Source of the DNA: Heptranchias perlo
Taxonomy: Eukaryota
Direction of reading: 5' to 3'
Length of the DNA: 64,000 nt
NCBI RefSeq assembly: GCF_035084215.1
Contig: NC_090330.1
Coordinates: forward strand, 12,710,001 to 12,774,000
Made by a program: the position numbers and the translations under genes. Below are positions 24,283 through 36,029 of the stretch, piece by piece (position 1 is the stretch's first letter; every line of letters starts with the position of its first letter). The notes under the pieces were generated by a model. It ran no database searches. It was not told the DNA's origin and saw only the letters and a program-made list of their open reading frames with translations.

Positions 24283-26001
24283 AGTCTTTATACATCCAGG
24301 GTTTAGTGCCTGTCAGGTTTGAAGAGGCAAGCAGTTGCTACCAAAGCTCCACACTTCTATTTGGGAAAGTGGAGTTTGGTATGTATCCACGCTCTGCTCA
24401 GGATGGTCATCATGCATTCACACAATTTATGGTGAATTGTGCTGTACTATGCCATTTTTGAGTTCTTGATATCTGCTTTGCCTTTTGAGGGCTCAAACCC
24501 GCACTTGTCAGTTGTCCAATGACCAGTAGGTGGATATATCCTTTTGGGACCAAGTTGCCTCCAAAATGACATTGCAGAAAATGGAATATTGGAACACAGG
24601 CAACCCCTTGTGGCAGACTTGATAATCCAAATCCTGGGTCAGGAAGTTCTGGAGCACTACTGATTATTGACCAGTGAACAGCGCAGTAATGGAACTGGAG
24701 TCGATGGGGGGGTGCGGTGGAGGGTCAACCTGTTATTGGGATTCCTCCCATTCAACTTCAGGTAACCCTGCAAGCCAATGTGCTAATGGGTAGAATTATC
24801 CTAGCTGCACATGCAGCATGAAGCTTACAAGTGCTCTGTGAAGTTTTAACTAGTTAAATTCCAGCAATACCTCTTCACACACTTGAGGGTCGCTAGAGTT
24901 TGACTCTTGCTAACCTTGCCTAAGCTCTATGGATTTAAGTGGGGTATGTCCTTATGGGGGACAGAATGCACCAAATATTGGACAAACAGAAACTCTACCT
25001 GTGTGGTCAATAGCAGTGAAAGGTTTCAGTGTGTGTTAAGCACTCAGCTGACTAAAATAGCACATGCAACTCATGTTGTCAATACTGAATGTGGAAACAC
25101 AGGAAACCGTTGCGGAAATGAACAGGAATTAATGGTGGAAGAAAATACTGTCCATTAGAATATTTGTCATTTTCTTTCCCATTTCCAACTGAATAGTTTT
25201 CCTGCAAAATACAGGAATTCTGGCAGTTACTGGAGTACTGTTTAAAATGGAGGCAAATGAAGTGGAAAGGGATGGGAGAAATAGGCAAAAAAAGGGGTTG
25301 AAGTTGCTCAGGTCAATATTCAGACCAGAGGGATGCAGAATGCCAAGGAGAAAGATGACTTTTGCATTGTGCTTGGTTGGAACATGTAGGGGGTCAAAAA
25401 TGGTTTGGTCAGTCAGAGGGGGAACTGAAATGGTGTGCTACAGAGTGGTCAGTAAGTGCTATTTATGGAAAGGTCCAAAATAATTGCAGTCATTTTCACT
25501 GAAACAGAGAAGGTTAAGGGAGAACTAATAGAGATTTTAAATATTATAAAAGGTATTGAAAGGGTAAATAGTGAAAGATTTTTCCATTGGTTAGAGAATC
25601 AGTAATATGGGGGCATAAATGCAGGATTATCATATTTCAAAGGGAATTAGGGGACCATGGTCAGGGGCCTGGGCAACCCCCACAGTGGGCAGTGGCTGAA
25701 GTTTCTGGGCACAAGGGGCAGGTAGGTGTCAGAAATGTGACTGAATTGCCCCTTGTGCCCATCTGCCCTATGCTAATTATGTGGCCTCTCACTGACTCCG
25801 CAAACTCTGGTGGGGTCAACGCTGGAGGGTACCGACAAGCACAATCCTTGTGTAATCGCCGGAATTGGATTCCAAGGAATTTCAGCTGGGATATCTATTA
25901 TTAGCTAAATGCTAATACATGAGTTTTCCCTTGAGATTTATTTTGTGATATTTACACTTCTTTAGTATTTAGTAAATTTCTCATTTTTTAAATTCTTGCA
26001 G

Positions 26002-26048
26002 TGATCCAATCAACCACGATTCCTCGGGATTAGAGGGAATTCCACTTG
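26002..26048 (+). CDS. IgSF receptor exon 6 (SDPINHDSSGLEGIPL)
   Basis: Acceptor ttcttgcag|, donor G|gtaagg; phase 2 to 1, open frame. Confidence 0.7.
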
Positions 26049-26529
26049 GTAAGGAAGGATGATGCATATCTCAATTTCTTTCCCTTCCCTTCTTGAGAGT
26101 GCCTTACATCTAAAAAAAATTTAAAAAAATGTTTTTCCTTCCTTGTGTCGCCTTGCATGCTGCCTAACATCTCTGGTCAACCAGGTAGACAAATGATCTA
26201 CTCGCAGGCCTGCACTAATGCTACTTTGAAATCAGATGCTCAGAGGCCTTGTGAGGGAAGTCTGACGTGACTCTGTCTACGATTTTATTTCTTTCTGTGT
26301 GGGGAAGCACTTGTCCTCCAATCCCCACAGTGGTTATGGATAAAGTTGAGTTTAGAGGATTGATGTGTAAACATACATTCTCCCACTCTATGATGCAGTG
26401 TATTTGGAATTTGCCGTTCTATACTACCATGCACATCTCAGCATCTGTACATTAAAATGTGCTGTAATTAATATATGCTGTGTTTTTAATAAGTTTCACC
26501 CCACTTTGTTATTTGTTGTTTTTTGAAAG

Positions 26530-26604
26530 AAACCCAAGATGAGTGCCTGGTGCAAACAGGGAATGAAGATGATGGCCCTGAGGGGACTGTAAATGACATT
26601 AATG
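26530..26604 (+). CDS. IgSF receptor exon 7 (ETQDECLVQTGNEDDGPEGTVNDIN)
   Basis: T-rich acceptor ending aag|, donor G|gtaagt; phase 1-1; acidic. Confidence 0.75.
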
Positions 26605-27809
26605 GTAAGTAGAATTACTCATAGTAAAATTAACACTGTGGCTTATTAATGACACCACTCCATTTGACCAAAAGCTTTTATGGTGGACTCCAATGTAATA
26701 TAATGCATTGCTTTTGTTTTTAAGTTCACATCTCACCTTCTATTTGGTCTCCCGACAACATCACTAGCTCTGAGGGTGGGAAAACAACTTACTGTTCTAT
26801 AATAATGTTTTCCCGTTATTTATCTGCCAGGAAGTGCACGAGAGCAGGCCAGGTGACTATCTCTTTCTGAATATTTCTCTGGGCAAAGTCTCCAAGTGAT
26901 GCAAAACAGATCGATTCCCCAACTGTGCTGAGTTAGTTGATCTTATCTGAGATGGTGGACAGGTGCTAAAATTGGCTTTAGTTCCAGAACTAGGGAGTGG
27001 GGAAATCTACTTTAATTGGCTTACCAGTTCACTATACACTGATCCTTGCTTAAGATGTTGGGTGAGGATCAGAAATGCTGTGATATCCCCTATACTCAAA
27101 TAGATTACTGCGTTCATGGTCTAGGCTCATACATGAAGAATGGCCACTTGAGTAAAGTACTGGAGGGCAACTTGTGCCTATAGTACCATACCCTAATGTG
27201 CCTTTGAGAGAGAAAGAAATGAAAGCAGAGGTGCATCTGGTATTGGTCTGCCATGGTATCAAAAATTGTTTTGTTGCTGTACTGATAACACAAGAGTGAG
27301 CACTTGACATCACACCCCTTCAGTGTTTACCATTTCTAATCATCACGTAGTGCAGTTACTGAATTACTATATCTAGGACTTCATCAATGGGGAAAAAATG
27401 TTTTTCAATTCTTCAAAGACATTTTCTTCATGTCTTGAGCAAGTCTAACCAACAGTAAGACACCTCTTAACTTTGATGACTCCACTCTTAGTCACCATAC
27501 CACAATTTCCAGATTACCTCATCATCTCTTTAATTCTTGTCAACCACGATGGTATCCTGCACAAAGGGTCCTGACCCTTCACCATGGCTTTTCAATAAAT
27601 AAAAATCTTTACCTCAGAGGACAGTCTGTTTTGCGATCTTTGCAAAAAAACTTAGGATCGTTTAAATTAAATATGAGCTTGTTTCATAAGAGCCCACAAA
27701 GTTGCCACGAGATTTATCATTTATCATTATGCTTTTAAGTGTTACTGTGAAAACACAAACAATTATATACTGGTTGTGGATTGCTGCATGTTGCTTATTG
27801 TCTCTCTAG

Positions 27810-27862
27810 GAGAAGTACAGGAACCCAACAAGGATGAAGATGAGGATACAACAGAATCAGAG
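27810..27862 (+). CDS. IgSF receptor exon 8 (GEVQEPNKDEDEDTTESE); alternative end at 27867
   Basis: Acceptor tctctctag|; donors GAG|gtcagg (phase 0, 27863) and CAG|gtactt (phase 2, 27868). Confidence 0.72.
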
Positions 27863-28189
27863 GTCAGGTACTTTTGACAAAAGTATTCACTTTATGGTGA
27901 ATTAGAAGTTGACTAAAAATCACCAGATAAACCTGAGGGCCTTTACAATTTATAAGTTTCTCATCACGGACTGATTTAGGTTGTCGGCCCCAAGGCAGGC
28001 TAATTTAGCTTAAAACACAATGCACAAGTCTGTAGGATTACTCATGTGGCTGTCCTACCAGTAATTTCATTCACCATGAATGTAATTAAATCTCTTTGTA
28101 TGGAGTATTGCAGTAGCTGCAGCAGTTCTAAATTACTCACTTAGAAATGTGTCAAATATAAGGTAAAAAATTGCAAATGTCATACCATT

Positions 28190-29540
28190 ATTTAAGACAG
28201 GAAGGCAAAACCATGAAACAACAGACCGATCAGTTTAATGTCAGTTGTGGGGATATTACTGGACTCTATCATCAGGAACAGAATGACTGAGCATTTGAAC
28301 AAGTATGAGCTGATCAGAGTCAGGATTTGTGAAGGGTTGGTCATGTCAGACTAACATAGTTGAACTTTTGAGGAGGTTACTAATATGGTTTGACAGGACT
28401 GTCTATGGATGTTGTCCATTTGGACTTCCAGAAGGCATTTGATAAGGTTCCACACAAGAGATTATCAACAAAAATGAGAGCGCATAGAATTGGAGGTAAC
28501 CTTGTGACATGGGTTAGTAATTGGTTGGGATGTAGGAGACAGGGATAAAAGGAATGTACACTGATTGGCAGGATGTTACAAGTGGTTTTTCCCAGGAATC
28601 TGTACTCGGGCCTCAGTTTTTCACCATATATATCAATGACTTGGATGAACGATTAGAGAGTTGTATATCAAAGTTTGCAGATGGCACTGTTATGTGGTAC
28701 AGTAAGGGAGCAGGAAGTTAGAAAATGACAGACAGATTAAGTGAGTGGGCAAAACTGTGGCAGATGATGTTCAACATGGGGAAGTGTGAGGTCATCCACT
28801 TTGGATCCAAAAATAAACTATTTCCTAATGGCGAAAGACTAGGGGCTGTGAAGGAGCAAAGGGATTTGGGTATCCAGGTACAAAAATCACTAAAAGCTAG
28901 TTCACAGGTACAAAAGTAATCGAAAAGTCTAATGGAATGTTGGCCTTTATCTCAAGGGGGTTGGAATACAAAAAGGAAGTTATGCTTCAGTTGCACAAAG
29001 CCTTGGTCAGACCTCATCTGGAATACTGTTCAATTTTGGGCATCGCACCTCAAGAAGAATATATTGGCCTTGGAGGGGCAGGTTCACCAGATTGATACCA
29101 GGGCTTAAAGAGTTAAATTATGAGGCCTGGTTGCATAAACTTGGCTTGTATTCTCAAGTTTAGAAAGTTGAGGGGTGATTTAATAGAGGTGTTTAAAATG
29201 ATAAAGGGATTTGATTGGGTGGATTGCTCTGGTGGGGAATCCAAAATAAGGAGGAACAATCTTAAAATTAGAGCTAGGCCATTTAGGTGTAAAATCAGGA
29301 AGCACTTTTTCACACAAGGGGTAGGCAGTGGAAATCTGAAATTTGTCCCTCATCCCGAAGACTGTGGATACTGAATCAATTCAAACTTTCAAGACTGGGA
29401 TGGACAATATATTTGTTAGGTTAGGGTATCAAGGGAAATGATCAAAGGCGGGTAAGTGGAATTGAGGTGCAGATCATCCACGATCTAATTAAATGGTGGA
29501 ACCAGTTCGGGAAGGCTAAATGGCCTACTCCTGTTTCTGT
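28190..29540 (+). mobile_element. Degenerate CR1 LINE (RT to 3' UTR)
   Basis: DRLSEWAKLWQM...KCEVIHFG and LRGDLIEVFKM fragments; many frameshifts. Confidence 0.85.
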
Positions 29541-29820
29541 GTGGTGTGCTATCCACGTAGATCTGGTGATGCCATCTTTCCTTTGTTAGTTTCTACATTT
29601 GAGCTGGAAAGTTCTGCTTTTTGTGAATGTTATGTTTTGTGGCAGTCATCAACAGATTATTAAGCATGTTCTAGCTAAAAAAATTGTTAACAACAATAAT
29701 TTTCACAAGAACATAAAAGAATATTCTCTCAGGGTAACTACTCCATATATACTTTATTAAGTTTTTTTTCTCAGTTTTCGCATTATGTTTTGTAGGGGAG
29801 ATTGGGGGATAAGTGAAAGT

Positions 29821-29993
29821 GGGGGTAATTTTGACTTTGGGCGATAGTGTAAAATAGTGATATTGGATCAGCTGCCCGGTGCACATCCCTCCCAATTTTC
29901 ATTTCCATTGCCGTCAATCGGGAGAGGTGTATAACGGGCAGCTAATCCCTTGTCGCCCGTTTCACACTTTAATCCTAAGTCAAAATTACCCCC
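29821..29993. mobile_element. Short palindromic MITE
   Basis: Perfect terminal inverted repeat gggggtaattttgactt / aagtcaaaattaccccc. Confidence 0.75.
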
Positions 29994-30225
29994 ACTGTAT
30001 TCTTTGTATCCCTGTGAAAAAGATGAAAATCATGGATGGATATTAACATACCAGCCAACTATTTAAAGGGAATGTTAACTGTGTGACCAAACATGATCAG
30101 ATAGTGACATAAAGGAGAAAGCAATTCTGCAGATAATTGCTATCACTTACAGATATTTATCTGGAGAGATTCTGGAAGCGTAAAATGTTTTTCATTTTTA
30201 GTTTTTAAATAACCTTCAATTACAG

Positions 30226-30363
30226 GGCTCCTCTGTGGTGTACAGTAAGCTTTCATTTCAAGCATCCGTGCAGAATAGGCACACTGGGATTTGGGCAAGG
30301 ATTGCTCCTTTAACACATCTTCGTCACAGAACAGGATCTTCTATTGCCAATCACAGAGAATAA
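30226..30363 (+). CDS. IgSF receptor exon 9: ITIM-bearing (GSSVVYSKLSF...; stop 30361-30363 if read through) or a 19-nt microexon ending at 30244
   Basis: Acceptor ccttcaattacag|; phase-0 reading gives VVYSKL; the strong internal donor ACA|gtaagc at 30245 makes the 3' end ambiguous. Confidence 0.55.
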   Translation, partial: GSSVVYSKLSFQASVQNRHTGIWARIAPLTHLRHRTGSSIANHRE

Positions 30364-30701
30364 TCGTATGGCGGTTATTTTATTGTTCATTCAAATATCG
30401 GCAATCAGTTGACACACATCAACTAGCTTCATACTCTTTCTGACTGGGCAAAAGTCCCAGGAAAATATGGAGTGGCATAATTAACGGCGTAAATCACTTA
30501 TTCCATAATTTCCTTTCTCCTGTACCGTTCAATGGTCCCTATGCCATAGATGCGCCACTACAAATTGTGCATGGAGACAGTTTTAAATGCTGATGTTTAA
30601 ACATTGGTTAATATTAAATTCCAAGGTAGTTTAATTAACTGACAAATTCAGAGATGAAGACATGCATTCATATTTAAATTTCCAGATGTGTTAGTTTTTA
30701 G

Positions 30702-30722
30702 AAATCCTTTGCAAACCTACCT
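30702..30722 (+). CDS. Possible 21-nt microexon of the IgSF receptor (alternative acceptor at 30686)
   Basis: tttttag| acceptor and CCT|gtgagt donor; frame-preserving. Confidence 0.35.
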
Positions 30723-30947
30723 GTGAGTATGTGACCATTGAAAAAAAGTGATGCAGTGTGTGTTGGTGCACTGTGGTTTTGTTTGTGGGAGCAGGCCTTG
30801 CTTGCTGTGTAGCTTGATATAAGGTATGATGCAGGGAGGAGGCAAACAAAAGAGAGAAAATACATTTAAACGGTTGGTGGATGTAAACACATTTTCTTTG
30901 CATTGAATATAAAGTATATTAAAATACAAATACTACTTTTTCTTTAG

Positions 30948-31028
30948 GTGAAAGAAGTTGATGTAGGAGGCTCCAATCATGCAAAGGAATCAGAAGATGT
31001 TAAGCCACAAGATGAAGACCAGCAATGA
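30948..31028 (+). CDS. IgSF receptor terminal exon (VKEVDVGGSNHAKESEDVKPQDEDQQ*)
   Basis: Strong acceptor tactttttctttag|; the phase-0 reading is acidic like the upstream tail exons; TGA at 31026-31028. Confidence 0.65.
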   Translation: MKEVDVGGSNHAKESEDVKPQDEDQQ

Positions 31029-31301
31029 ATGAATTCTTCATCTATGGCTCAAATTTAATACACTGTGTTCCCTAGGATACATAACAGCGGTTTGTGTTAA
31101 TGTAGTGCCAGTGCTGCGTTTGCTGACAAACAGCCAATTAAGATCATGTTAAGTCAACTAAATGTGCCCTATACCCTTTCTGTAATGGCAATTTCTGCTT
31201 TCTTGTTAACCATTCTTACTTTTAATGAAATAATGATCTATATTCTATAATACTATAGAAAGAAGTTTGACATGACTGTTTATTTGTTCCTTGCTTGGTT
31301 G

Positions 31302-31307
31302 AATAAA
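31302..31307 (+). terminator. Polyadenylation signal AATAAA of the IgSF gene
   Basis: First AATAAA after the terminal stop, about 270 nt downstream. Confidence 0.6.
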
Positions 31308-31349
31308 GTGCGCTGTTAGAATTACTTTATTCATGCTTTCAATTAAGAA

Positions 31350-31982
31350 ATTACATATATTTCAGATCACGCAGGGATGGGGGAGGAGATCGGATTGTGG
31401 GGTTGGTGTTGGGGGGAGGGAGACCAGAGGAAGGGAGTTTGGAGATTGGATCGCGGGGGTCTGGAGACTGGGAGGAGGGGGGGGAAGGGGGTGGGCCATT
31501 CGGGGGCTGGGGCTCTGGGCGGGGGGCAGGGCGTGCACACAGCAGGGGGTGTGCTCGTGGGCAGGGCGGACGATCATGAAGAGGGGTTGGGCCACTTGCG
31601 GATTGTGGCAAGTTAGCTTGGGGGAGCCAGGGCAAGCACTCCTGCTCCGCCTGGCTCTCAAACAGTGCTGGAAAAACCCTTACCCGCTGGATCAGCCAGT
31701 TCTCATCTCCCTTTAGCTGCCGGTTTTCCAGAGTCCTAGGAAACCTGGCGCCCAGCTGGAAATCTATATGGCTGACAAAATCCGAGGCATGCAACCTCAT
31801 TAACATATTATAATTACTGACCCGCCTCTTGATAGCGGGTTACTCACCTGACACCCCCCAACCCATCCCGGTAAAACTGGAAGTAGGTGCATTTGCAGTG
31901 GGTTGGGGTCGGGTTTCCCATTTTCCACAATTTAACCCGCCACTGTCCCACCTGTTGTGGGCGGGAGCTAAAACTTCTCCCA
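31350..31982. mobile_element. Partial non-autonomous element with G-rich interior, related to 23203-24282 in opposite orientation
   Basis: aagcactcctgctcc is the reverse complement of ggagcaggagtgctt at about 23533; G-rich tract 31370-31570. Confidence 0.5.
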
Positions 31983-33213
31983 ATATTTTCCATTAGTCTC
32001 ACCCAACCAGTCTCTTCCTTAAAGGCCATTCTCAGGAACAGTCCAATATACTGTACCACAAAGTGATGGGATGTGGGATTGGACCTCCAGTTACCCACAG
32101 GGTGAGTTGCTGTTTTAAATGCCATTCTGAGCTCAGTGGAGGCCAAGCACTTCTCCACAGAAAGGGTGGGTGGTGAAACTACATAATGGTACCAGTAAAA
32201 CTATTGCACCTACTGTTTTAGTGGTGTCCTTTCACTTGTTTTGTAGTCCCATTAATATCATTGCTTGTTTTTGTTCATTTGACAATAAAACACGTCATCT
32301 CAGTGTTCAATCTGCCTTTGGAAAGATTGAAGAGCATGTGAGGACACTTGCAAAAGACACAATATCTGGTTCCGATCACAAGGGGGTCCTTTACATCCTT
32401 GCATTACACTATCATAAAATTTAGATACATAGGAACACAATGATGGACAGGAAAAGCCCCTCTTGTCCCTCCAACCTGTCCCACACAATTGTGATACCTT
32501 GTGAATCACAATATATAGTCTCCACCCCACCCAGTATGGGCACACTCCTGAATGTAAAACACTCAGATCACACGGGAGTGACCATTAGTATACCCCTGAG
32601 AATATCTAAAAGTGGCCCGAAATTTGTAACAGGCATTAACCCATTTAGAACAGCAGACTAAAGAATGCTATAGGACTGCATCGTTAGTATCCCCTTCCCT
32701 TTGCCATTGCCGGCCGTGCCTTCAGCGACCCTTTCTAAACCCAACTGTCTTTCCACCTCCCTCGCCTCCTTTTAGTTTCTGCTTAAAACCCACTTCTTTG
32801 ACCAAGCTTTTAGTCACTCCCACCTAATGCCTTTAACTTTGGCTCGGCCTTATGTCTCTGTGAAGTGACTCAGCATTAAAGGTGCTATATAAATGCAAGC
32901 TGTTGTTGTAGCCTGCTAACATCACCAAAATAATTTCAACACTGTAGTATTTCCCTTAAAGTAGGGGAAAAAGGAAAATATCCCTGCAGAAGCTGAATGA
33001 TACCTATACGACAGGGTGAGCTGGATCGTTCAAAATGCCTTTTATTTGTTTTTAACTTCTTACTTTCTTAATAGGTTTGCCAGCTGGCTGTTTTTCCACC
33101 AGCCCTGCAGAGTTTTTGAATTTTCACCGGCTACCAGTTTTCTGTGTTGAGTTGGCTGATCTCAGTAGGGGCAGCAGCTGGAATACAACAATGGGTTTCA
33201 CTATCTCGGTTGG

Positions 33214-33567
33214 GGGGGAATTGGTGTAGTTCTTTTTCGTGATGACCGTCAGTGATCATTGCTGGAAGTGCGTATTTGTGAGTTTGGACAATGAATATCA
33301 GCAAGCTTTTCAATCACAGAGCCATCACAGTGGGGGAATTGGTGTAGTTCTTTTTCGTGATGACCGTCAGTGATCATTGCTGGAAGTGCGTATTTGTGAG
33401 TTTGGACAATGAATATCAGTAAGCTTTTCAATCACAGAGCCATCACAGTGGGGGAATTGGTGTAGTTCTTTTTCGTGATGACCGTCAGTGATCATTGCTG
33501 GAAGTGCGTATTTGTGAGTTTGGACAATGAATATCAGCAAGCTTTTCAATCACAGAGCCATCACAGT
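33214..33567. repeat. Tandem repeat, 3 x 118 bp, nearly identical, inside an old SINE
   Basis: Units start at 33214, 33332 and 33450; one C/T difference seen in unit 2. Confidence 0.95.
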
Positions 33568-35699
33568 TGAGCGGGAGGACAGGTTCACGCTCAGCTGTGA
33601 TCCAAAAGCTTGCTGACAGTCATTAGCAAGGATCACACACGAATAGTGGCCACTTGGATTAGGCATTGGAGGATGTTTTGGTACCTGTGGAAACAAATGC
33701 CAGCAAGGAGTCAATGCCTTCAGTAGAGGAGCATGTGAGGGCACTTCAGTAGAGGAGTTGAGAATTTTTTTTCTACACAGTTTACTCATATTTCCCCCTC
33801 ATTCATTCCTCATTGATGTTTGGCAGAAGGTGACTTGTTCCCAAGATTTTATAATTTGATGATGATATTTACTGAACATAAAGTCGACTACAAGGAGCTA
33901 CATGAGAGCAGCAAAACTGACTTAAATACTGATTTTCCTTCCCTGGGCGAGGAAGAGAAAAGTTAGCTGGAGGAAACGATTTCAATATTGCAGAAAGGGA
34001 ACATTTAGCTCGTATACTCTCCCTGTTCCAGACAACCAGTTAGAGACTGTAAAAAATTGCTGAGAAAGTCAGAGCATGCATATCAGCTGAGACTGGAATT
34101 TGAAGTCAAGTCCTCCAGCACTAAACTACTTGACTTATTTATATTTACACATTCACATTTACTGTATTGTGTTAGCAGCTTCCCTCAATACAGTGAAAAA
34201 GAATAGTTTATCAACTTAATCTTCTAATCCACATTCTTTAGTCATCCCAATTTATTACATAAGTACTCTATGCAAAGAATATATAATTGCAATTTTTAAA
34301 TGTTAACTTGTCCATATCTCATTAGTGGTCAACAACCTTTAAGAGAGTATCCCACTCTCAAGATACTTCAATGAGGTCATTATATTTAACTACTTTGATT
34401 AATTTAGTTCTTATACTATGAGCCTCAGTAATTCCTCCAAGCCAGCTCCCTGATGATACCATCGGCATCTGGCATTCAAACTAAAACACTTACCATATCC
34501 AACAAAAATAAACAAGAAAATCCCCAAAAAAGAATTATGAAGATAATCATGATTCTTATAACAGGTTTGATGGTGAAACTCACAAGGTGCACATTGGACT
34601 AAATTAACAAGGTGATGTCATGTGTTTACCATGTTGCAGTTTCCAGAGATTAATGTCAGAGAATTTTTAGTTTGCTTGCTACAAAGCCAACTGGGAACTG
34701 AAAAACTGATCTCATTTTTCCTGTTAAATTTTGTATTATTTTCCTAAGCTTTAGTGTTATTTAACACTCAATAAATCTCATCAACATATGCTGTGAAGGA
34801 TGAAAGCACTACTATAATTTTCAGAAAGATCTTCTTTGCAATACTGCAAGCACTCACAGAAACTACTGCTGTGGGTAATGTTCTGACAGGGGCAGAGACT
34901 CACCAGCTATAATTCCAATTTACTAAATGTATGTGTGTGGAGTTTAATCAGTTAGCAGTTATTTTGCTATATTCTACATTTTACCACAGGGAATACAGAC
35001 ATTGTCTGTCTCACCCTACAATAAGTGAATGTTCATGATGGTGAACAACGAGCAACACTGAAAACTGAAAGCACAAAGGAGTGTGCAAACCCTTTCTTTC
35101 GTGACTGAAGCAACATTAGGTGGAAGCACTTTTAAAATATACGTATATCTAGTGCCATCCTTAGGATTTCAGTAAAGCGTAATGGTAGACATTTTTTGTA
35201 CTATGCCCACTTGAACTATGAAAAACACCCAGCAGCGCAATTATAGATTTTGTCCTTCCAAATCTGGATTATGTCTGGATAAAGTATTTTGTACTATACA
35301 ATACCAGGGTGGAGGTACTGATAGTTAAAGGTCCATACAGGTGATAATAGTGGAAGCAACCAAAAGTGAATTCAGACATTTTTCCTACAGAGTAATCTGC
35401 ATGATAAAAGTCACACAGTTATGAAGAAAGAGTGGAAAAACTTAGGCTCTTTCACTTTGTAAGCAAATGGCTAATAGGGTGCTTCATAGAGGCATGCAAG
35501 ATAGTAAATGGCACAGAAAAGGAAAATTGGTACACCATGTCATTAAAGCATGTTTGAGGCAATCCACAGTATCAAATGGAGAAGTTGGACGAAATGGTGC
35601 TAAAAATATGCAGACTTTGGAGAGGAAAGTTTGCCTTGTTCAGGGCAAGGTCAAGAGGACAAGAAAGAGAAGTGAAAATATTCAGCCTGAAAATATTAT

Positions 35700-35803
35700 G
35701 AATAAAAACAGAACATGCTGGAAACACTCAGCAGGTCAAGCAGCATCTGTGGAGAGAGAAACAGAGTTAATGTTTCAGGTCGATAACCTTTCATCAGGAC
35801 TGG
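35700..35803 (-). mobile_element. Penelope-type terminal repeat fragment (hammerhead core degenerate)
   Basis: aataaaaacagaacatgctggaaacactcagcagg...gtttcaggtcgataacctttcatcagga; same family as 6665. Confidence 0.6.
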
Positions 35804-36029
35804 GAATATAATATTTACTGACCCCGCTGCTCATTATAAAACTCTTTTCTTCTACAACAGAGGGAAAAAAACAAACCCTGGTGATTAAAAAGCATTTCCC
35901 TTCACATCTAATGACTGCACAGGTCGCCCTGAGTCTCAGGCAGTCTCTCTCTCTCCCCCTTGGTCAGTCCCACTCCCACAACACTCAACAACCTTCTCCT
36001 CTCACATCAACTGCGGATGCTGGAAATCT

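Noticed and set aside
33131-33567. CRISPR-like array or three repeated 60-aa ORFs
   Set aside because: No unique spacers and a eukaryotic context; the ORFs are by-products of a 118-bp tandem repeat.
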